From: a virus
Lineage: Duplodnaviria > Heunggongvirae > Uroviricota > Caudoviricetes
Reading direction: 5' to 3' (one strand)
Length of the DNA: 22,053 bases
IMG/VR virus record: IMGVR_UViG_3300022924_000017
Location: 1 to 22,053 of that record
The notes beneath the pieces are model-generated. The model saw only the letters and a list, made by a program, of their open reading frames with translations, had not been told where the DNA came from and did not search any database. This document shows, piece by piece, positions 8,369 to 13,851 of this stretch (its first letter is position 1; the number at the start of each line of letters is the position of its first letter). The position numbers and the translations under genes were made by a program.

Positions 8369-8397
8369 ATTATACAACAAGGCTAAGGTATTGTAAA
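8369..8397 (-). promoter_or_regulatory. strong leftward sigma70/sigmaA promoter
   Basis: Minus strand TTTACA-N17-TATAAT. Confidence 0.8.
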
Positions 8398-8490
8398 CAC
8401 CCAAATCAAACACCAGGCTTACTCAAATCACGGCTTTTTACCCCGCTGCTGCCTGTGAAGAGTAACAATCCACGGTCTCCTAGAGTAGAA

Positions 8491-8527
8491 AAAACCTATT
8501 GTATTTAGTCTATCCTTATTGTATAAT
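8491..8527 (+). promoter_or_regulatory. AAAACCTA-class promoter for 8586..9023
   Basis: AAAACCTA-TTGTAT-N17-TATAAT. Confidence 0.8.
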
Positions 8528-8585
8528 AGTAGCATACGAACAAAACAGTAAACGTATAATAATCATAATCAAGGGAACTGTTACA

Positions 8586-9023
8586 ATGAAAACCAATTAT
8601 TTAGGACAAGTTACTGATACTGCTATGAGCTTCATACCAGGAGAGAAGAACAAACCAAGTCGAGTAGGCGTTTATATGGGTGTAAAAAAGGGCGGTCGCA
8701 AAGCTCTTGAACTCGTAAAAGCGGGACCTCACGTTGACGTAGAAAAAGCGGCAAACGTCTATATTCACCAAGTTGTGAAACGTACAGGGCAAACAGTAAG
8801 GTTCAGGTACTACGATATTAAGGAAGTAACTGTATATCACCGTATCAACCACGCCCTCTACCACAAGCTAATTCTTCAATACAGTCGTATGAGAATGAGA
8901 GATACAGCGGCATTCGGTCTACCTGCTGAACAAGCTATGCTTACGGACGCAGACATCGCAAAGGTACTTGAGTTTAGTCGAGGCGAACTGCTTAGTCGCA
9001 ACGGTCTATACATTTACGCATAG
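8586..9023 (+). CDS. basic hypothetical protein
   Basis: Start reassigned to ATG 8586 (MKTNYLGQ...), downstream of the promoter and AAGGG. The track start at 8499 is the -35 box. Confidence 0.7.
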   Translation: MKTNYLGQVTDTAMSFIPGEKNKPSRVGVYMGVKKGGRKALELVKAGPHVDVEKAANVYIHQVVKRTGQTVRFRYYDIKEVTVYHRINHALYHKLILQYSRMRMRDTAAFGLPAEQAMLTDADIAKVLEFSRGELLSRNGLYIYA

Positions 9024-9057
9024 GCGAAAAAACCTCGGCAAAGAACCCTTTTGTGTG

Positions 9058-9252
9058 CTATTCGTGTATAGAACGTATAAGTACATCAACGAGCCTAGTA
9101 TAGCGTTTGCCTTCAACGGTCATCGTTACCGCCCTACGCCCATTAACCATAAACTCCGATAGCCAACGCTCCGATCGAAAGGACCACACCTTGCCTTCTT
9201 TGGTTACTGCATAGTCCTCTAGGGGGTATTCAAGTAGCTCCATCTTACCCAT
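9058..9252 (-). CDS. NUMOD4-like DNA-binding module without HNH domain (truncated or stand-alone)
   Basis: DYAVTKEGKVWSF...GRRAVTMTVEGKRYTRLV parallels the NUMOD4 pattern Y.VS..G.V.S...GY..V.L......VHRLV. It stops before any nuclease domain. A TTTACA-N17-CATAAT promoter-like site lies just upstream. Confidence 0.6.
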   Translation of the reverse strand: MGKMELLEYPLEDYAVTKEGKVWSFRSERWLSEFMVNGRRAVTMTVEGKRYTRLVDVLIRSIHE

Positions 9253-9555
9253 TATTATGACGTGTAGGCTCGATATTGTAAAGAACCAGTCTGCCTTACC
9301 CGAAACGAAAAAAATCTCGCCAATAACCCTTCTCCTGTGTCTGATTGCTATATAGAGAGTATAAGACCGTATACTAAAGGCTTTATAAAGAATTGCGTGA
9401 AGAAAGCCAAGAGGAAAAAGTATTGTGTTTTATCACGAAAACGCACCTAATCCCAGACCTAGATAGCCAAAGCCAACCAATCACAACGGAAAAGGCGGAA
9501 CGCAAGCCACAATCTCCAACTTTTCTGAACACTCTTGGAGTAGGAATCCGCCCCC

Positions 9556-9652
9556 TTTTTGCCAATCATGGCTTGTTTTTGCCGAATTGAACCCGTTTTT
9601 TGCCAACGACCAGCCCAAATCCGTGAATTGAAGCTCTGGATTGCCAACGACC
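9556..9652 (+). repeat. phased direct repeats (iteron-like)
   Basis: TTGCC at 9559, 9579, 9600 and 9641 (~20.5-nt phase). GAATTGAA-N8-TTGCCAACGACC is duplicated with a 41-nt period (9584 and 9625). Confidence 0.6.
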
Positions 9653-9988
9653 TCCTGGCAGCTACACCATCCGAAGCCAGACTTACGAATCCTGTACTAT
9701 CTGGATTAAAACCAGCAGATTTCAGCATACCCCCCGAATACTGAAGTTTTAGGTATCCAGCTAACCCAGGCCTCCCAGAACCGCGTTATCTCAGAGCTCC
9801 TAGAATCCACAAGAACCTGGCTTCTTCCAGCACGGGTAGGCTGCTGCACTATACAGCCACGAAACAAGGGCGAACAAATGCAAATCACCACAGGCTACTT
9901 GCCAAAGCCTCACTCCAGGTGGCATACTCCCCAGTTCTACGGCTTTACTGCCGATCCGGACGGTATCCAGCGGAATCCTGATGTGCCA

Positions 9989-10025
9989 AAAACCTATTGT
10001 ATTTTATCGTCGCCTATGAGATAAT
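9989..10025 (+). promoter_or_regulatory. AAAACCTA-class promoter for 10075..10377
   Basis: AAAACCTA-TTGTAT-N17-GATAAT with an extended -10 TG. Confidence 0.75.
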
Positions 10026-10074
10026 ACTTACAGTGGTAGAGATACCCATATAATCATAATCACAAGGAGATATT

Positions 10075-10377
10075 ATGACAGCAACCAAAGCACCAGTTAA
10101 GGCTAAGGTAACAGTACCAGCCCACAAACTCGAAGTGGCTAAAACATTTCGCAAGAACATCGTCAAGTCAGTAACAGGTAAGGCTACCAGCTTACGTGAC
10201 GAAGCAGGCAAGAAGATTAACCGTCAACACGTTATCACTTACCTCGAAGGCGACAAAGTCGTTACAGCTACCCTACAAATCATCTACGGGAAAGAGTTAC
10301 TTGCACACACTAGCAAGGACATCTTAGAGCTTACGAACCGCAAGGGCAGTGTCTATTACTTCGTACCAGTTGCTTAG
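10075..10377 (+). CDS. Lys-rich basic protein, paralogue A
   Basis: SD AAGGAG; 69/92 identical to 10832..11155 by manual alignment from KAKVTVP onward. Confidence 0.85.
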   Translation: MTATKAPVKAKVTVPAHKLEVAKTFRKNIVKSVTGKATSLRDEAGKKINRQHVITYLEGDKVVTATLQIIYGKELLAHTSKDILELTNRKGSVYYFVPVA

Positions 10378-10389
10378 TTAGGCATAGGA

Positions 10390-10413
10390 TAGCGTGATTG
10401 GTGGGTCACGCTA
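10390..10413 (+). terminator. stem-loop after paralogue A (no U-tract)
   Basis: TAGCGTGA-N8-TCACGCTA perfect 8-bp stem just after the stop. Confidence 0.45.
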
Positions 10414-10640
10414 CTCCAAGCTCAGGCAGGGGATCTGGTGAGGTCTGACAGCTATTTGTCCTGCATACAGAGGACGCGATCACACCGCTGCTGGGCTAAG
10501 CCAGACAAATGTAATCCGCTACAGGCTATTCGGTAGTGGGGCGCCCGCATGGCGGCTAAGGCTGGCAAATGAATCTTAGGTAAGGCGAAAGAAAAGAAAG
10601 GCGGCCTGGGGGACCGAGCAGGGAGGCTGCAGGCCGTGGC

Positions 10641-10657
10641 AGTTTCACGTGAAAACA
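10641..10657. other. parS-like palindrome
   Basis: AGTTTCACGTGAAAACA versus the bacterial parS consensus TGTTTCACGTGAAACA: 13 contiguous identical bases, with one extra A in the right arm. Confidence 0.4.
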
Positions 10658-10730
10658 TTCCGCCCGTATCCTCGTCCTGTGTTGTGAGGACGTGCTATAC
10701 CATCGCCATAAATCCGTAAAGATTATTGAT

Positions 10731-10767
10731 AAAACCTATTGACTTTTATCATCATCTGTAGTATACT
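10731..10767 (+). promoter_or_regulatory. AAAACCTA-class promoter for 10832..11155
   Basis: AAAACCTA-TTGACT-N17-TATACT. Confidence 0.8.
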
Positions 10768-10831
10768 TATAAACAGTAGAGAGGGACGCGACTACTACAA
10801 TTATAATTATAAGCGTCTGAGGTATAACATT

Positions 10832-11155
10832 ATGGTAAGCACTAAAGCTACAACCACTAAAGCAAAAACAACTAAAGCAAAAGTTACAGTACCTAAGCAC
10901 AAGTTACAAGTTGCCCAAGATTATCGCAAGCAGATTGTCAAAAGTGTAGAGGGTAAAGCGTCAAGCGTACGGGACGAAGCGGGTAAAAAAGTAAACCGCC
11001 AACACGTGATACGCTACACCGAGGGCGACAAGGTAGTTACAACCACTATGCAGATTGTATACGGCAAGGAACTACTAGCACACAAGGTAAAAAACATTTT
11101 AGAACTAACTAATAGTAAAAAATCTGTTTACTACTTTATCCCACTAAGCAAGTAA
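10832..11155 (+). CDS. Lys-rich basic protein, paralogue B
   Basis: Start reassigned to ATG 10832 (GAGG upstream; MVSTKATTTKAKTTKAK...); paralogue of 10075..10377. Confidence 0.85.
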   Translation: MVSTKATTTKAKTTKAKVTVPKHKLQVAQDYRKQIVKSVEGKASSVRDEAGKKVNRQHVIRYTEGDKVVTTTMQIVYGKELLAHKVKNILELTNSKKSVYYFIPLSK

Positions 11156-11172
11156 GCACAATATAAATAAGG

Positions 11173-11206
11173 TGAACGGGCCAAAAACCCGTTCATCTTT
11201 TTGTTT
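11173..11206 (+). terminator. intrinsic terminator
   Basis: TGAACGGG-N7-CCCGTTCA followed by TCTTTTTGTTT. Confidence 0.85.
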
Positions 11207-11244
11207 ACGTGAGGCCGTAGCAACCCCCCTCGTAATTTTTTTTT

Positions 11245-11601
11245 CTAATTTCTCTGACGAGTGAGCCCGACAAAAGGTAAGCAAAACAGACCCAAGAAGC
11301 CTACTACGACAATGACGGGTGCTGCGAACGCGATAAGTATTGCGATCCACCCTATCGCGAGTGTGAGTATGACAAAAAAGAAGGTCATTAAGAATAAGAA
11401 TGCTGTGACGTTACTCACCCCCGACACTGCCGAGTTGGATTTTCTACGGGTAGGATAAGTAGGAGTATTGGAGTTCTTTCGTCGTGATCTACCACCGTAC
11501 ATCGTGAAGCCACCGCGTTTGATACCACCACCAACGACGATTTTACCACGCGTTACACCACCACCGACACGAATGCGAGACTGGTTCGATGCGAAACTCA
11601 T
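11245..11601 (-). CDS. membrane protein with Gly/Arg-rich N-terminal hairpin repeats
   Basis: RVGGGVTRG / VVGGGIKRG repeats loosely reminiscent of DUF4236, a basic linker, then a ~45-aa hydrophobic C-terminus (about 2 TM). ATGA-coupled to the upstream HTH gene. Confidence 0.65.
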   Translation of the reverse strand: MSFASNQSRIRVGGGVTRGKIVVGGGIKRGGFTMYGGRSRRKNSNTPTYPTRRKSNSAVSGVSNVTAFLFLMTFFFVILTLAIGWIAILIAFAAPVIVVVGFLGLFCLPFVGLTRQRN

Positions 11602-11930
11602 ATCAGTATGCTACCTTTCTTTGCGCGCTTCATTATTATTTTGCCTTCATTGCCTAATGTATTTATTATGACACGATTTAGTATGCTACCAACTGAAGAA
11701 GTGCTGAGGTGTGTGACTTCTGCGATGCGAGCGTACTCTATCAACCCCGTGCAATACGCGTGAAAGATGATGAGGTTGCGCTTGGTTGAGTCGTAGTTCT
11801 TGTAGTACCCACGTTCTTCTGCGAGTCGGACTAGATTTTGGACGTTTCGGCAGCGTTGGACGCTATCGCGTCGTGCGGGTGACAAGTCACCAAGGTATAC
11901 CCACTCATTGAAATTAACGGTTGGCATCAT
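11598..11930 (-). CDS. HTH transcriptional regulator (Mor/sigma70-region-4-like)
   Basis: RNLIIFHAYCTGLIEYARIAEVTHLSTSSVGSILNR fits the RN..I...Y..G......A....LS...V..I pattern. Confidence 0.7.
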   Translation of the reverse strand: MMPTVNFNEWVYLGDLSPARRDSVQRCRNVQNLVRLAEERGYYKNYDSTKRNLIIFHAYCTGLIEYARIAEVTHLSTSSVGSILNRVIINTLGNEGKIIMKRAKKGSILI

Positions 11931-12214
11931 ACCAGTATATCCAGCGTCTCGTCACCTGCGAGTATTTGATCTTCGTATTGGAGGGTGCGCTCGGCAAGCC
12001 GAGTAAAGATTTTCGATATGGTGCTTGGGTGTAGACCCCACTGTTCGCTCGTTGCTTTAAGTGTGTCCCAGCCCTGTGCGTAACCGAGAAACATCACGAC
12101 GTTACGCATACTGGTCATATAATTACCGTAGTTACCGTTCTCCATAGCCTTGTGAACGAGAGGTATCAGTTCGATATACCCGTTCTCTTCATACAGGTCG
12201 CGGTACATACCCAT
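11927..12214 (-). CDS. HTH transcriptional regulator (Mor/sigma70-region-4-like)
   Basis: RNVVMFLGYAQGWDTLKATSEQWGLHPSTISKIFTR. Confidence 0.7.
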   Translation of the reverse strand: MGMYRDLYEENGYIELIPLVHKAMENGNYGNYMTSMRNVVMFLGYAQGWDTLKATSEQWGLHPSTISKIFTRLAERTLQYEDQILAGDETLDILV

Positions 12215-12215
12215 A

Positions 12216-12359
12216 TTAGTTCTCGTACTCGTCGTACTTTTGGTGGTACGCGTCTATTTGGTTAGCGGTGTCGATTATTGTGTACGCGAATGCGCAAGTT
12301 ATAATTGTCATAAGCACGAATGCCCAGATGACCATAGCGTTATACATTTTTTGACTCAT
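12216..12359 (-). CDS. small single-TM protein (47 aa)
   Basis: Hand-translated as MSQKMYNAMVIWAFVLMTIITCAFAYTIIDTANQIDAYHQKYDEYEN. SD AAGGAG and TGATG coupling. Confidence 0.65.
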   Translation of the reverse strand: MSQKMYNAMVIWAFVLMTIITCAFAYTIIDTANQIDAYHQKYDEYEN

Positions 12360-12514
12360 CAGTCTAGCTCCTTTCTTGCATTAGCGAGTAACCCGCAACG
12401 CGAGCATATTACGATTGCTTCTTCATACCCCACCCATTTGTTCTCGTGAACCGTTTCGGGTTCAGTGATCGGAACTAGCTTGTGCATACCGAAGAAACAT
12501 CGAATGCTACGCAT
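12359..12514 (-). CDS. small Zn-binding protein (CxxxxH...CxxC; DUF1660-like)
   Basis: Hand-translated as MRSIRCFFGMHKLVPITEPETVHENKWVGYEEAIVICSRCGLLANARKELD. TAATG coupling. Confidence 0.65.
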   Translation of the reverse strand: MRSIRCFFGMHKLVPITEPETVHENKWVGYEEAIVICSRCGLLANARKELD

Positions 12515-12972
12515 TATCGTTTGACCATCTCGCTTATGAGTGGTTCGTTGAAGTCCTCTCTGGCGCGTCGGAGTTCTTCGTTGCGGGTGACATCTTTGAT
12601 GATTTGATTGATACGCGCTTCGGTGAGGTTGTACTTCGTAGATAGGTCGTAGATACTATATTCACCAGTACACCACTTTTCGTAGATGTTTCGGTTGCGT
12701 CGCCATAGGGTTTGGTCAGTGATTTGCGGGTCGGGTTGGTTCGGGTTCTTAATTTGATACTCGACCTTCTTCACGATCTGTGAGATACGTGAACCGCGTA
12801 GCTTGTTATACTTCTGACCCAGTGACTCGTACGTGTACCCACCTGTAGCGAAGTCTTTGAAGATAGCTACATCACGTTTGATTTGATTACCGATAAGCTC
12901 GTGCTCTACCTTGAACAGCTTTGGCATCAGCTTACGACACTCAGCTGCTCTATTCATTGATTTGCTGTACAT
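12514..12972 (-). CDS. tandem Mor-like HTH regulator (two HTH repeats)
   Basis: KRDVAIFKDFATGGYTYESLGQKYNKLRGSRISQIVK and RRNRNIYEKWCTGEYSIYDLSTKYNLTEARINQIIK both match the Mor C-terminal pattern RN..I......G.....L..KY.L....I.QI. Confidence 0.75.
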   Translation of the reverse strand: MYSKSMNRAAECRKLMPKLFKVEHELIGNQIKRDVAIFKDFATGGYTYESLGQKYNKLRGSRISQIVKKVEYQIKNPNQPDPQITDQTLWRRNRNIYEKWCTGEYSIYDLSTKYNLTEARINQIIKDVTRNEELRRAREDFNEPLISEMVKR

Positions 12973-13201
12973 TTAAACCCCTGCTTTCTAGAGCTTCTAA
13001 TAGTAGCGTCTCGTACGCATTGCTCTTGTTATCGTTAAAGTCGATGTTCGCGAGATTTTCTACCACCTCGGTAAGTGCGATAGGTAACGTCATAGAGACG
13101 GTCTTCTTCTTACCGCTTGGTTTGTGGTATTGAGTTGGAACCTGTCGTGTGACACCGTTCTTCATCGTGACCGCGTTGTATTGTTTCACTGGTTTGCTCA
13201 T
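12950..13201 (-). CDS. ribbon-helix-helix (Arc/CopG-like) DNA-binding protein, probably leaderless
   Basis: KKTVSMTLPIALTEVVENLA...NKSNAYETLLLEAL shows an alternating beta strand, helix and S-x-x-x-x-L helix. Start reassigned to ATG 13201, 6 nt after TATACT. Confidence 0.7.
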   Translation of the reverse strand: MSKPVKQYNAVTMKNGVTRQVPTQYHKPSGKKKTVSMTLPIALTEVVENLANIDFNDNKSNAYETLLLEALESRGLNVQQINE

Positions 13202-13207
13202 AGAATA

Positions 13208-13244
13208 AGTATATTGCACTTTTAGTAAAAATACAATAGGTTTT
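13208..13244 (-). promoter_or_regulatory. AAAACCTA-class promoter for the regulatory operon
   Basis: Minus strand AAAACCTA-TTGTAT-N17-TATACT. Confidence 0.8.
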
Positions 13245-13261
13245 GTCAACTCTAGGACAAC

Positions 13262-13298
13262 AAAAAACCACCCCTGAACTGGAAAGTAAGAGGGTGGT
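13262..13298 (-). terminator. intrinsic terminator after 13317..13577
   Basis: ACCACCC...GGGTGGT stem with an A6 run on the plus strand (U-tract on the minus strand). Confidence 0.7.
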
Positions 13299-13316
13299 CA
13301 TTCATATTCTATTACG

Positions 13317-13577
13317 TTAGTAGTGCGCTGTCAAGCAAAGTCTACCGTCATAGTGAAACGCGCAGAACGTTCGGATATACTCGTTGTCTGGTATGTCTGG
13401 GTAGATGTGCTTTGAGTCGTCGGGTACCAGTAGGTCTGGCTTCCACCCGTGTTTTTCGAAGTACGCGTCTTCAATACGTTGGTAGTAGACCTTGGTATCG
13501 TCAGGTAGATTTTCTAGGACGCGTCGGAGCTGACCTACGGTCAGATAGAAGTCGTCATCATTTTTTGAATAGCTCAT
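13317..13577 (-). CDS. hypothetical protein, monocistronic, probably leaderless
   Basis: 86 aa; LTVGQLRRVLENLPDDTKV is a common phage small-protein N-terminal pattern. It has its own promoter and terminator. Confidence 0.75.
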   Translation of the reverse strand: MSYSKNDDDFYLTVGQLRRVLENLPDDTKVYYQRIEDAYFEKHGWKPDLLVPDDSKHIYPDIPDNEYIRTFCAFHYDGRLCLTAHY

Positions 13578-13583
13578 AAACTT

Positions 13584-13612
13584 ACTATACAGGTGCCTCG
13601 TCTGGGTCGCAA
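13584..13612 (-). promoter_or_regulatory. sigma70/sigmaA promoter for 13317..13577
   Basis: Minus strand TTGCGA-N17-TATAGT, then 6 nt to the ATG. Confidence 0.7.
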
Positions 13613-13615
13613 ACG

Positions 13616-13644
13616 TTGACTTTGATATACCCCACCCCTATAAT
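13616..13644 (+). promoter_or_regulatory. near-consensus sigma70/sigmaA promoter driving a non-coding unit
   Basis: TTGACT-N17-TATAAT, back-to-back with the 13584-13612 promoter. Confidence 0.8.
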
Positions 13645-13650
13645 AGTGAG

Positions 13651-13778
13651 CTGTGTTAACTGATAAATAACACTTTATACCCCCTATAGGTGTGTATCAA
13701 AGGCATCATGGGCGATACTCACCGACTTATACACCCTCCTTATCGAGAACACCGCGCTACCATGCGGTGTTTTTCTTT
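13651..13778 (+). ncRNA. candidate ~125-nt small RNA with an anti-SD-like CCCUCCUUA motif
   Basis: Bounded by a consensus promoter and a strong terminator. It has a 5' hairpin GTGTTA-N9-TAACAC and CCCTCCTTA at 13734-13742. No complete ORF lies inside. Confidence 0.55.
13748..13778 (+). terminator. intrinsic terminator
   Basis: AACACCGC-N8-GCGGTGTT followed by TTTCTTT. Confidence 0.85.
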
Positions 13779-13851
13779 ACCTCTCTCGAGCCTGTGATAT
13801 TTCACTTCTATGTATAATCAAAATAGAATAAACAATTAGGTAAAACAACGC

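Noticed and set aside
8355-8380. dif-like sequence (ATAATGTATAT, as in E. coli dif), of interest because of the FtsK-like gene
   Set aside because: The XerD arm (TTATGTTAAAT) does not match, and the shared bases are explained by the TATAAT -10 box.
9383-9891. Short ORFs in the non-coding tract; possible stop-codon readthrough or alternative genetic code
   Set aside because: There are no SDs and the composition is atypical. Reading through TGA at 9742-9744 gives no recognisable protein. Real genes here end in TGA, TAG and TAA with coupled overlaps, consistent with code 11.
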